Below, in pieces: positions 1 to 12,435 of a stretch of DNA of 64,000 bases. A program made the translations under genes and the position numbers. The notes under the pieces were generated by a model. It was not told the DNA's origin and did not search any database. It saw only the letters and a program-made list of their open reading frames with translations. This stretch comes from Malacoraja senta. Its lineage: Eukaryota. The DNA lies in the NCBI GenBank assembly GCA_038087875.1, contig CM075979.1, forward strand, positions 75,826,001-75,890,000, in the 5' to 3' direction. Position 1 is the stretch's first letter. Each line of letters begins with the position of its first letter.

Positions 1-500
1 TTCAATGAGATCCCCTCCTCTTCCTTCTAAACTGCAACGAGTTGCAGCTTTCTAAGGCTCCTTATATGTTAACTTAATCATCCCAGGGATCATTGTCGTA
101 AACTTCCGCTGCACACTCTTCAAAGCCAGCACATCTTTCCTCAGATATTTGGCCCAATATTGTTTGCAGTTTTCCAAATGTGGCCTCACCGGCTCCCATA
201 AAAACCTCAGCATTACATGCTTGCTTTATATGTTCTAGTCCCCAAAAAATGAATGCTAGTATTGCCTTTGCCTTCCTTACCACTGACTCAATCTGCAAAT
301 TAACCTTTTGGGAATCCTGCACCAGCATTCCCAAGTTGCTTTGCACCTCCGATTTCCTGCTTCCTCAGCACTACCTGCCCCTCCACCTACCTTCGTATCG
401 TCCGCAAACTTGCCCAAAAAGTTATCAATTCCCTCATCCAGATAATTGACGTACAAAATGAAAAGTAATGGACCTAATGCTGACCCCTGTGGAACACCTC
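1..500 (-). mobile_element. CR1 LINE ORF2 fragment, degenerate
   Basis: Decayed RT/C-terminal motifs (DLGx[13 protein letters not shown]). Confidence 0.75.
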
Positions 501-1849
501 ACGGGTGGCATCGTATTAAAGGTCTGAAAATCCAAACGCAATTTAATGTAAAGAAGTAAAATGGCGCACTTTGGCAGAATGGTGTTGCAAAGCCGTATAA
601 TCTGAATGGGTTACATGAGCTCTATGCCTGGGACTGCAATGCAAATCTTTGGAAATAGGAATAGATTGATAAAGTGACTAAATGCAAAAGCTGCATATGT
701 TGGAAATCTGAAATAAAACAGAAAACGCTGAAACACTCAGCAAGTCAGGCAGCATCTGTGGAAGAAAAACTGTTAAAGTTTCAGGTCCAAGATGTAATGT
801 CAGAATATTGTTAATAGAAATGTTTTTCTTTTTGTTTAAGGTGATTTAAAAACACTTTATGTTGCAGATGTCACTTTGCTAAATACAAAAACTGGAAAGT
901 CAAAAACTAAACCATTCCACTTTCCTATTAAGTCTTGCATATACTTTTGCTTTTTAGGAAGGTCATAAATGCCTTGGGTAAAGGTGGAGTGAAGGTTTAT
1001 CAGGGTCATACCAGAGTGGGAGACCTCAGTAATGTGGTGTGAATGAAGAAGTTGTGATTGTTCTCCGACAGCTCAAAGATTAAGGCATGGTTAATAGAGA
1101 TCAATAGAAGCACGTATGCCTGCTATATAATATACCATATAATCTGCTATGTGGCCATTGAGAAATCCAAGTGGATCAGCATCTGGCTGATCAGGTAATG
1201 TTTGCCATTCACCCTTTCTACTCACATGGATACCAGTTCCCAATGCTCCCTTTCACATACAAGTTATCTGATTCCCTTGCACACTTTCCTTTCACCAGGG
1301 TCCCCAATTCCTGCTCTCTCTTTCAACTTGTCTGGGTCACTAGAAAATGTATTATCATTCTGTGAAGGAAAAAGTTGTTGAGGTATTAATAAGAATAGCA
1401 TCCAGTCATCCAGAAAACCTGTCAGTCCAGCACCACCAAAATTCCTTAGTGTGCTAGATTATTGGAGGTTCATTGGTACTTCCCACAGATAGTGTTCTTG
1501 ATGCGATCTGATTTGTAGGACCATTGGGAAACGACTAAATTAGACACTTTGTTGAAAGAGCATGTTTACGTACACTGGGCTTTTCTTTGTTCTAATGTGG
1601 TGATTATGCATTTGATGTTTAAAGTACTTAATTGAAACTGCAGCATCAAAATTGGTGTGATAAGCAGAGTGGCTCAATAGTCTTTGGTCATCCACCTTGT
1701 AAGATCGCAGGTGATAATGCTGACTCAGACGAAGTCTCTGGGAATAAATGAAGCTCTAATCACACATAAGTATCTTGGAGAGGAGATTATTGGTGGAAGG
1801 AGGATTTAAAAAAAGGTTTTCATAAAATGATGTTCATTGTTTCCTGCAG

Positions 1850-2055
1850 TGGAGAATATCCAAGTGGTTGGAGGCAATCCGGTGTCGTGGGAACATTTCT
1901 TCCATTCATTGATGTTGTACCATGAGCATTTACGGAGAGACATCCCAAGCACAGACACAATACAGTACAGGCACATGCCATTGAGGGGCATAACACAGCG
2001 TGAGATGGATGGCCTTATCGCCTTCCTGCAGCTTACTGCCACCATCGTCAATTGG
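1850..2055 (+). CDS. NUP205: NUP205 coding exon (1st in window; gene continues upstream)
   Basis: ctgcag|..|gtaagg; encodes VENIQVVGGNPVSWEHFFHSLMLYHEHLRRD...GLIAFLQLTATIVNW, recognisably Nup205. Confidence 0.95.
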
Positions 2056-2704
2056 GTAAGGTATTCTTGGATAAACCCAGCTCGAAGAATGTTCTTGAGA
2101 GAAATCTCATCCCTTTCTTTACTTTGTGCAGAGGTGTTCTGTGAATTTTTGTTTATCCCTCCCTCCTCTCATTTCAGTAACTAACCTTTCATTTTCTTCA
2201 TTTTCTTCGTTTGCTTCATTTTCAGCGGCGCTTTCCTGCTACAGAATCCTGATGAAAATCTCAAAACACTGAAGTTCCACGGACCTATTGGTCCATGAAC
2301 ATAGATGATAAAACATGTCGTCATTAGGCCTATTTGAGTGCTGGCTTTGACATGTTTAGGACTAGAATACAAAGCCTTTAATTGCTTAAATCGAGGCTAG
2401 AAAAATGTGCATAAAGACAGCTGTGGACTGTTCACACGTTACCATTGTCACATCGAATGCTTGGGTAGCCTTTAAGACATTGTTGATTTCAACAATGATT
2501 GCAACATATACATTTCAATTTGAGAGGCATGTTATACATATGCAGATATAAGCCACATATCACCTGTGGTAGTGCTCTTCTAGCTAGCCAGGTGGAGTAC
2601 TGGTCGTTGTTGAGTTGCCCAGTCTTAACTATAGGCAGGTAAGGTTTCCATGGAAGCATACAGAGTAAGAGCCACTCATGCGGGTGTCAGCTCTTTGAAA
2701 GAGA

Positions 2705-3222
2705 TCAATCAATCAACCTTTATTGTCATCTTGCAAAGCAACAGTTGTACAGTGCAAAATGAGAAGATGTTTCCCAGGGAATACCAGAGCATCGCACATA
2801 AAACTTAAACATTTCACACATAAATAAAAACAATAAAAACAATCCAGTCCCTGATAAAAACAATACGAATAGTTAAAAAGTGCAGGTAAAAAACAGCAAC
2901 ATTAAAATACAAGTAAAAACAGTCATAAATTGTCCAGGGCAGCTGATTTAAGTGGCCAGTGCCAGAGTTGTTATTAAATAGTCAGTGCAAAAAAGAAGAG
3001 AATCAGGTGGAGTAACTGTTTAGCAGCCTCACAGCCTGTGGAAGGAAGCTGTTTAGCAGTCTGGTTGTCCGGGCTTTGATGCTACAGTATCTCTTGCCTG
3101 ATGGCAGGAGATCCAGATGTGTGTGGAGGGGTGCAGTCTGTCCTTTGCTATGCTCAGTGCTTTTTTCAGGCAGCGGCTTTGGAACAGTTCTTGTACCGAG
3201 GGTAGGGAGACGCCAATGACCT
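2705..3222 (-). mobile_element. LINE 3' fragment (Rex1/Babar-like) with microsatellite tail
   Basis: (CAAT)n plus 'tttattgtca' tail; minus-strand C-terminal coding remnant of the HPxxxLF/LPSGRRY/SFLPQAVRLLN type. Confidence 0.65.
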
Positions 3223-3794
3223 AGTTGGTCCCAGATCTATCCTCTTACCTCATAGCCCTGCAAACATTGATTGTTTTCAAAAAGCTCTACAACTACCTTT
3301 ATCTTGAACTTGAGAGGAAAAATCAGCCTGTCTTCTTGACTGTGTTTCCATCCACTGACCAGAACCATGATGATGTACAATATGAGTGAGCAGACCAAAT
3401 GAACCAAGGGGATCAAGTGTCATATTTCCAGATGATTAGGTGGGATTGTGAGTAGTGAGATGGATGTTAACTTTGTTTGTGTTAAGTTAAATTTGTGGGT
3501 GAAAACATAGTGGAAAATTGAGTTGGGTAGAACAATATTTTTAAAATGGTGGTGGATTGAGAAACAATCATATTCACGGAGACTGAGGTGTTCTTGTACA
3601 CCAATCTGGTGCAGCAAGCTGTTAGAAGGCAAGGGACATGTTTGCTTTTATTGCTAAACGATTACACTCAGAGTTATTCCATAACAGATCTTGACACCTT
3701 CATCAAAGAAGTAAGGATAGAATTGTCCCTTGCTCTCTTGAATAACCAGCTGATTCAAAGAATAAGTCATTGAGCCTTTTCCTTTATTTTAGAT

Positions 3795-4553
3795 AGAAAC
3801 ATAGAAATTAGGTGCAGGAGTAGGCCATTCGGCCCTTCGAGCCTGCACCGCCATTCAATATGATCATGGCTGATCATCCAACTCAGTATCCCGTACCTGC
3901 CTTCTCTCCATACCCTCTGATCCCCTTAGCCACAAGGGCCACATCTAACTCCCTCTTAAATATAGCCAATGAACTGGCCTCAACTACCCTCTGTGGCAGA
4001 GAGTTCCAGAGATTCACCACTCTGTGTGAAAAAAGTTCTTCTCATCTCGGTTTTAAAGGATTTCCCCCTTATCCTTAAGCTGTGACCCCCTTGTCCTGGA
4101 CTTCCCCAACATCGGGAGCAATCTTCCTGCATCTAGCCTGTCCAACCCCTTAAGAATTTTGTAAGTTTCTATAAGATCCCCTCTCAATCTCCTAAATTCT
4201 AGAGAGTATAAACCAGGTCTATCCAGTCTTTCTTCATAAGACAGTCCTGACATCCCAGGAATCAGTCTGGTGAACCTTCTCTGCACTCCCTCTATGGCAA
4301 TAATGTCCTTCCTCAGATTTGGAGACCAAAACTGTACGCAATACTCCAGGTGTTGTCTCACCAAGACCCTGTACAACTGCAGTAAAACCTCCCTGCTCCT
4401 ATACTCAAATCCTTTTGCTATGAAAGCTAACATACCATTCGCTTTCTTCACTGCCTGCTGCACCTGCATGCCTACTTTCAATGACTGGTGTACCATGACA
4501 CCTAGGTCTCGCTGCATCTCCCCTTTTCCTAGTCGGCCACCATTTAGATAATA
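3795..4553 (-). mobile_element. CR1 LINE 3' end (young)
   Basis: ORF 4053-4517: QRDLGVMVH...[11 protein letters not shown]...RRLRGDLIETYKI...SRTRG; (TTCTATGT)-type tail. Confidence 0.92.
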
Positions 4554-4877
4554 AATCTAAGTGAAGATCTATTGCTTTCTTATAGAAGTTGATTTAGTTA
4601 CTGTATTTTTGCCTAGTTCATTCATTGTTTATTGAATAGTTTTACTGGAGAAAATCATGTTTAAATATGAAAGCAAATTATCATAAGCATTATCTGTTTG
4701 GACGTTAGATGGTCCGTGTTCATTATAGGTTGCCAAGTGGATAGTGCTCTGTCTGAGACCAATTTTGCAGAGGAGAAGGTGCTGGGTATGATCTCTGCTC
4801 TGCTAGGTGGCTGCAAAAGAGGTCTATGGTTGATCTGGTGTTGTGGATGGAGAGAAGTACTTGGCACATTTGATGTG

Positions 4878-5042
4878 TAGAAAGGAATTGCAGATGCTGG
4901 CTTAAACCGAAGATCGACACAAAAAGCTGGGGTAACTCAGCGGGTCAGAGTAACTCAGTTTGGTTTGAGACCCGAAACGTTACCTATTCCCTTTTCTCCA
5001 AAGATGCTGTCTGACCGTCTGAGTTATTCCAGCTTTTTGTGG
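4878..5042. mobile_element. Penelope-derived fold-back element (partial)
   Basis: gaattgcagatgctgg...cagcgggtc arm with inverted partner; remnant cccgaaacgt. Confidence 0.7.
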
Positions 5043-5129
5043 TACACTAGATGGTTTGTGTCCACGTTTCTGTTTGTCTGTTCTCATGTGAGCCCAGGCA
5101 GGATTAAGCTAGAGTGCAAATCTTAAAGT

Positions 5130-5448
5130 CAAAGGGCATGGACACCAGCCCCGTGGGCCACTGAGTCCACACCAACTAACAAGCTCGAATTTCCATGAAT
5201 TCTATTTTTATCTGCATATTCTCGTCAGCTTCCCCAGAACCTACCACCATGGGTAAGACTGGGTAATTTACAGTGGTCAGTTAATCCACCAGCCCCCACG
5301 TCTTTTGGGTTTGGGAGGAAACCAGAGCACCTGAGGTCACGGGAGAGAATGTTCAAGCTATGCACAAGTAGCATCAGAGGTCAGGATCGATCCTGGAAGG
5401 CTGCAGCTGTGAGGCACCAGCTCTACTAGCTATGTCACTGTGCTGCCC
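5130..5448 (-). mobile_element. HE1/V-SINE-like tRNA-derived SINE, degenerate
   Basis: Reverse complement of the GGCAGCACAG...CTCACAGC head and GGTTTCCTCCCA central motif. Confidence 0.65.
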
Positions 5449-5601
5449 TCTTCAGATGTACAGCTCTCTTGGCACAACATGACTCAAACTTGTGGGGTTG
5501 TGCTTTTGTAAGACTCCAATACTATCATGATATGGAAAAGAGGACATGCGGATGGGAGCAGAAAGTTTCCAGTGCTTAAATTCACTCATTTTATCTTGCA
5601 G

Positions 5602-5784
5602 AGTGAGAATGCTCGTCTGGCTCTGTGTGAGCACCCACAATGGACGCCTGTTGTGGTTATGCTAGGCTTAATCCAGTGCAGTATCCCACCTGTGTTAAAG
5701 GCTGACATTCTGAAGGCACTTGCAGCATTTGGCAAATCACCCGAGATTGCTGCTTCTCTTTGGCAATCGTTGGAATATACCCAG
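5602..5784 (+). CDS. NUP205: NUP205 coding exon 2/32
   Basis: ttgcag|..|gtaagt; SENARLALCEHPQWTPVVVMLG...WQSLEYTQ; 183 nt, phase 0-0. Confidence 0.95.
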
Positions 5785-5965
5785 GTAAGTAAAGCTAAAT
5801 GCATTGTCAAGTTTGGTACAGTACGTTGTGGTGTTGAGTGAAGACAGGGTAATGAAAGTGAAATGAAAATATTCAGTGACAATGGCTTCTGCTACTAAAT
5901 GCAACACAGTGAGAGCAGGACTGAAGAATTATGCTTTCTGGTCTTCTGACATTCATTCTGTTCTT

Positions 5966-7412
5966 GAACTTGGAGAGGTATGGAATTAGAGGAATAGTAC
6001 TGGACTGGATTAAAAGCTACTTAAGTAACAGGCAACAGTTTGTAAATCTGGGTAGTCATAATTCTACATGCTTGGACATTGTGTGTGGTGTACCACAGGG
6101 GTCAGTGCTGGGCCCAAAATTATTTATCATGTACATAAATTATATTTATAATGTGTCCAATGTCTTGAGGCTGGTTTTGTTTGCAGATGATACAAATATT
6201 TTTTGTTCTGGGGAAAATTTAAAACAGCTATTGGATAAAATAATAAAAGAAATGGGTAAATTGAAAATATGGTTTGATAGGAATAAAATTTCATTAAATC
6301 TGAGTAAAACTAAAATAATGTTATTTGGTAATTGTAGAATAAATACACTAGTAAGTATAAAGATAAATGGGGTGGAAGTTGAAAGAGTGCATGAAAATAA
6401 ATTTCTTGGGGTTATAATTGACGATAAAATAAGCTGGAAATCACATATTAAACATGTAAAATTAAAATTGTCAAAAAGTATCTCTGTATTATACAAAGCC
6501 AAGCAAGCTCTGGATTACAAATCACTCCGTATTCTTTATTGTTCATTAATTTTACCCTACTTAAATTATTGTGCAGAAGTCTGGGGTAATAATTATAAAA
6601 ATTCGATACACTCATTAACCATGATGCAAAAAAGAGCAATTCGTATTATCCATAATGCTAAGTATCTGGGTCATATGAATCCATTATTTTTAGTCAAAAT
6701 TATTAAAATTAGAAGATTTGGTTACATTCAAAACAGCTCAGATAATGTTTAGGGCCAAAAATAAAAATTTACCTGGAAACATTCAAAAATTATTTAACGA
6801 GCGTGTGGGGGGTTACAATTTAAGAGGAATATTTAACTTTAAGAAACAAAAAGTCCGTACGACTAGAAAAACCTTTTGTATTTCGGTTTGTGGAGTAGGA
6901 GTGTGGAATAAATTGAACGGGGAATTGAAGCAATGCACAAACATGAATCATTTTAAAATGATATATAAAAAAATAATTCTCAAGGGGTACAGGGATGGAG
7001 GGGATGGTTGACAAGTGGGGGTTGATGTTTATCTTGCTTTACTATTGTTTACTTATGTTTGGGTACTTCAGATATGAAGTTTGTATGTACATAATAGTTG
7101 TATGTATATATATGTCTGTAGGTATTATGGGAAATTGCCTAGGGTAGTATTATTATTAGTAATGAATTGATTTTTAAATATGGTAGAAGTGTTGGGGAAA
7201 AGGGGTGAGATTTAATAAGTTATTCTTTCACTCCTTTTCGAGCTTGTACAGACACAGAGTTGGACATTGGAACTTTGATTTTGTTCTTGTCATTGCTTTG
7301 TAAATATTGATTGGAATGTCCAATTGTTTGATAATTTCGATTTTGTTAATATTAATGTCTTTAATGTCTTTACTTGTTTGGAATAAATAAATAAATAAAT
7401 AAATAAATAATA
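5966..7412 (+). mobile_element. 5'-truncated AT-rich LINE (L2/Crack-like) RT region with (AAAT)n tail
   Basis: ORFs 5931-6752 and 6718-7011: [39 protein letters not shown]; one frameshift ~6690; (AAAT)n at 7382-7412. Confidence 0.9.
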
Positions 7413-7668
7413 AACATGGATAGCTCGTGGAAGGGACCTGTGGCAGAAAAGCTTGTTGGTGCTAAAGTGATGTGGTAATCAGCATAGCTAAAATGAAAAA
7501 GCAAAGCCAAAGTGAGACTGTCATTAGGGCTTGATTTCTCCTACATTAGTGCCAAACAATTTGTAACATCAGTTGTGCATATCCTGACGTTATCTTCAGC
7601 GCAATCCATTTTCATGACATTACAATAATAACTATTACATTTTCAACAATGTTACTTTTATCTTTTAG

Positions 7669-7719
7669 ATTTTGCAGACAGTTAAAATCCCAAGTCAGAG
7701 GCAAGACACTGGAATTGAG
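7669..7719 (+). CDS. NUP205: NUP205 coding exon 3/32
   Basis: ttttag|..|gtatgt; ILQTVKIPSQRQDTGIE; 51 nt. Confidence 0.93.
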
Positions 7720-8607
7720 GTATGTGTTTGCAAGATAACAGCTGTACTGAATGAGCAGGTGCCCAAAGCTATCAAATATGTGACTAGTATTTCAAAAGAT
7801 TTCTCGCAGTTGCTCAGGATTGGTATTATGCCAGTAATGGAGGATACAGTGTTTCGGATGCTCTGACCAGCTGCACAGGAAGAGAGAGCTGCAGGATTGG
7901 GGAATTAAATTATCCACAGATGGGATGAGAATTAATGTTTTATAGACTTTTCTCACCTTAAAATGGAAGTGCAAATGATGGAAATAATTTATTGTGCCAT
8001 ATCAAAATGTTTCAACTACCCTGCACAATCGTGTTTGTAAAATCACAGATATTTTCAGTAATTTCCAGCACTTGATTCAGACATTATCATTTATTTCGTT
8101 GTTTACATCATCTTTGCAATGCTTCAACATTAATTGGACAATATAAGACGTAAAAAATAGGACCAGGAAAAGGTCATTCAACTTCGAAGAGATATTTTTG
8201 CGTGGCAGGAAATAGGTGAAGAATGAAGTGTGATAACTTGGGGAATTTTGTTTGCCAGCATCCCAAAATGAAATCTATCAACAATCTCACGACAGACAAG
8301 ATCAAAATAGGAAATCAAATGGAGCAATTAATTCCAAAGTTCAGTTACAAAGCATGTATCTCTGTCACTTCTAGATTTGACTGCCAGCTGGTCTTCCTTC
8401 CTTCATCCTGCATACATGTGAAATCATCAATGTCTGCAATTGTATCCTAAAACGGCATGGGCTCCAGCAATAAGACCCTTTCTCAAATCCTTTCATGGTC
8501 TCTTCCTCTTTCACTCGGTAAAATGCTCCATGTCCACACTCCTCCATGGTGTCTACAGTTCTCCATTTCGGATCTGGCATCTATACCTGATTGTACTTAA
8601 AATAACA

Positions 8608-8983
8608 AGGAACTGCAGACCTATACCAGAGATAGAGACAAAATGTTGGTTAAACTCAGCGGGTCAGGCAGCATTCCTGGAGAACATGGATAGGCGATGT
8701 TTCAGGTCGGAACCCTTCTTCAGATTGATTGATCGGTTTTACTTCCTCAGCTATTGGTAAACCTCAGCTGCACAAGCTCTCTGAATTTGCAGAAGTGTTA
8801 TTGAACAGAAATTTTATACTGACCAAAAATAGGAGCAATGAGGTCAGGTGACCAAAAATGTACAAAGGAACTAGTTAAATGCTGCAGGAAGATTTAAAGA
8901 GCTTGTGCATCTGGGGATTTTGAATAGTGAAGTATGTAAAACCTATCAATCAGTCTGAAGAAGGGTTCCGACCTGAAACATCG
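8608..8983. mobile_element. Penelope-derived element with 48-bp inverted repeats (8695-8742 / 8936-8983)
   Basis: cgatgtttcaggtcggaacccttcttcagattgattgatcggttttac and its near-perfect reverse complement. Confidence 0.75.
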
Positions 8984-10593
8984 GGTTCAACAAATGTCTT
9001 GCAACATTCAGCTAGGTTAAAGTATCAGAAACATTTGCCCATTATTGCTCTCTCCTATTTAAAGCGATAGGAACATTAAAGATGGTGAATTATATAATAT
9101 TTAAAATGCAGCAAAAAATGTCAGACAAAATTATTTTGCAATGTTGGGTGGATAAAATATGTCATCCACTTTCTCTAAAAAAAGATTGGATTTAGTAAAA
9201 ATGTGCTAAATCCTCCCTTGAGGTGGATTTGTTGTTGGCCTTTTCTCTTACTGGTCACAGCACTTACAGCTGAAAAAAATATTATAAAACAAAATTATTA
9301 TTGTTAGCTTCTTCTGTAGCCTATAGAGAATACACATTTCTGTATTTAAGATGCACACCTGCTTGGGAAGAGATTGAGTATTCTGTATAATTTCCACATG
9401 GGTGAATCAATTACTGTAATTGTATTCAGATAGCTTGGAATTGATTAATAGCGTGATCCCACTTCATTCTGCAAATCGTGTAGGGTTATCTGTAATATAT
9501 TTTTGAAAACAAACATTTTTAAATTTTGTAAATGGTTAACCACATAATATCTGTGAAAGTCATAAAGCTATGATATATATTTATCCTGGGGTGTTTTCAT
9601 GGTGTTGAATGGCGACCCATTCTGAAGCTGCAGTGTATTAACCTATTCAAATGATAGAAACATAGAAAATAGGTGCAGGAGGAGGCCATTTGGCCCTCCG
9701 AGCCAGCACCGCCATTCATTGTGATAGACAATAGGTGCAGGAGTAGGTGACACTGAAACCAAGGGAGATTTTGGGTTGGTGTACTTACTAGCGGCTGGTG
9801 TATCTACAGTCCTGCTCACAGGTCAGCTCATTATTGTCTTCGGCCCTTGAATTGAATCACAGCAGCCGGAGATGGGCTGAAGGTTCTAATGCTAGCTCGT
9901 TTGTCCTCCAACTCCTCCACTGGACATCTCTGATTGAAATATAGCACTGAATTCATGCCTGGCATAACTGTTGCAGACCATTCATTTGAATGAGGTTTGC
10001 CAACATTCATAAAAAATGCAACTGGCTTGTTTCTTTTTTTAAAAAACGTTTTTTCATTAATTTCTCATAGTTTAAGGTATTTTAATAACTTTTTCATTCT
10101 TAATTACTTAAATACCTGACTTCAATTGTCTCTGCCTCTTGGGATGGCTGAGGCAACAGTCAGCCAACCCTTGAGGTTGATTAGTGTTGTAGATCTGCAA
10201 GAGGTGAGTTTGCTCAAGTGAGTGGCTGGCCGGGTCATACTGATAGCCCTGTACTCTTCAAATGACTTCCGTTGGGATGACAGACTGGGAAATTTTGCCC
10301 TGATGAATGGACACTGAGCTGGGCATTGTGTTTTCCTTTGTTGCTGGGTCTGTTGAGTATTTCTAGCATTTTTTCTTTTCATTTCTAGGCAATTTGGGAT
10401 TCAATTCCCACCTTTGAGAATTTACTATTTTTGTGTGCAGTTTAGGGTCCTCTATAAATGTTAACTTGAGAAATGAGATACAAGCACCCAGATTTCCTGT
10501 TCATGATTCCATTAGTCTAGGTGTGACACAAAGCCTTTTTTAAACTCTTGCTACAGAAACGCCTCCTTTTTTATCTCCTGCTACAAAAATGCT

Positions 10594-10732
10594 TCTCTTC
10601 TTCTTTCGTGTGGCGTGCACAGTCTAAAGTTGTTGGACAACTTGTTCTATTTGATCTTCCGTTTATGCACGTCGAGTTGATTGCATTAGTCGAAACAGGG
10701 CGGACCACGTGAAGGTTGCAATATTCCACCCC
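10594..10732 (-). mobile_element. ~140-bp non-autonomous retroelement (SINE-like) with ribozyme 5' end and (GAA)n tail
   Basis: TSD ACA(A/G)AAATGCT at 10583-10593 and 10733-10743; minus-strand 3' tail GAAAGAAGAAGAGA. Confidence 0.8.
10680..10732 (-). ncRNA. HDV/CPEB3-like self-cleaving ribozyme (predicted)
   Basis: Minus strand reads GGGGUGG-AAU-AUUGCA-ACC-UUCACGU-GGU-CCGCCCU-GU-UUCGA-C-UAA-UGCAAU: 7-bp P1 with G1:U wobble, 6-bp P2, 3-bp P3, CPEB3-type L3, catalytic C followed by UAA. Confidence 0.8.
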
Positions 10733-11310
10733 ACAGAAATGCTGGTTTAGTCCTACTACCTGGTTGCAATTTCTAACTGAACCAGACTTTTCACACTCGT
10801 GGCATTTTATTTGACCAAGAGGTTAACTCTGAGTTGAGCTTCCAATTCCAAATCCTGTTCATTGCCAAAGTCAATACTTCTACCTCCACTCTTGCAATGG
10901 CAACTCTTGCCCGTGTGATCATCACCCCAATTCACAATAGCCTCAGCCTAACTGTCTATTGGCTTCAGGTCTGATAAGCATTTAAAATTAAAATGTTCAT
11001 ATTGGGTTGGGCAGTACAATGTTGGCTCGGCTCGGGACTTTATCCAGGATTTATCTCACATGAATAGTGTGATTGGCATAATTATATGTGGCCAGCAGAT
11101 ATGAAATCCATAATGGCAGCCAGTGTTGGTCTGTTACGCCTGTGATCCAGTTGAATTCTAATTTTATGTTTGTGCATACCTCTGGATGGAAGTGGTGACG
11201 AGGTGAGAAGTTCTTTTGCTCCGAATTATTAAGATCGGGAATGCACTGCCTACAATGGACGTTGGAAGCACTTTCAGCAGGAAACATAATATACGTGATT
11301 AAAAAAGAAA

Positions 11311-12267
11311 ATAATAATAATAATAATAATAGATTTTATTTATATAGCGCTTTTCAGGACTCAAAGTCGCTTTACAATTGAGAGTCAGGAATAAACAAAA
11401 CAAAATAGAGCAGTAAGACAGAGGGGAGGGGAACATGGGACTAAGGGTATGCAGAGGTGAAGAGATGGGTCTTGAGGCGGGACTGGAAGATGGTGAGGGA
11501 CTCAGAATTTCGGACCGGTTGTGGGAGGGAATTCCAGAGCCTGGGAGCTGCCCTGGAGAAGGCTCTGCCTCCAAATGTGTAGAGGTTTGATTTCGGAGTG
11601 GAGAGGAGACCAGCTGATGTGGATCTGAGGGACCGTGAGGGTTGGTAGGGGGAGAGGAGGTCAATGAGATAAGGGGGGGGCCAGGTTGTTGAGGGCTTTG
11701 TAGGTGAGGACCAGGATTTTGTAGGTGATCCGGTGGGAAATGGGAAGCCAGTGAAGTTCTTTGAGAACTGGGGTGATGTGGTGCCAGGATTTGGTGTGGG
11801 TAATGAGTCGAGCGGCTGCATTTTGGACCAGTTGGAGTCGTTTGATGCTGCTGGAATTGATTCCGAAAAGAAGAGAGTTACAGTAGTCCAGTCGGGAGGA
11901 GATGAAGGCATGGATGAGTCTTTCAGCAGCGGGGGGTGTGAGAGACGATCTGATTTTTGCAATGTTGCGGAGGTGAAAAAATAATGTTTTGACAACATGG
12001 CGGATGTGAGGCTCAAGGGAGAGGGTTGAGTCAAGGATCACGCCAAGGTTGCGTGCCTGAGGAGATGGGGAGACAGTGGTGCCGTCGATAGTGAGAGTGG
12101 GGTTGTTAATTTTAGTGAGTGTTGATTTGGAGCCAATGAGGAGAAATTCTGTTTTGCTGCTGTTTAATTTAAGGAAGTTGAGTTGCATCCAAGATTTGAT
12201 GGCTGATAGACAGGAGTTGATATGGGAGAGAGGGGGGTGGGTGGGGACTTGGTGCTGAGATAGATAG
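11311..12267 (-). mobile_element. L2 LINE 3' portion
   Basis: KTEFLLIG, ARNLGVILDS, RLDYCNSLL, LQLVQNAAARL, LHWLPI; (AAT)n tail; probable TSD AAAAAGAAAATA (11302-11313 / 12268-12279). Confidence 0.92.
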
Positions 12268-12435
12268 AAAAAGAAAATACAGAACCATGGGATAAATAAC
12301 CAGGAATGGAAGCAATCAGATAGTTCTTTCAAAGAGCTGATCGATCAACAACAGCGCAAATGACTAAGCTGCTGTCTAATTCTGTCTATTCAGTGTGATT
12401 TTAGATTCTTAATTGACTTATTCTGTTTTGCTCAG

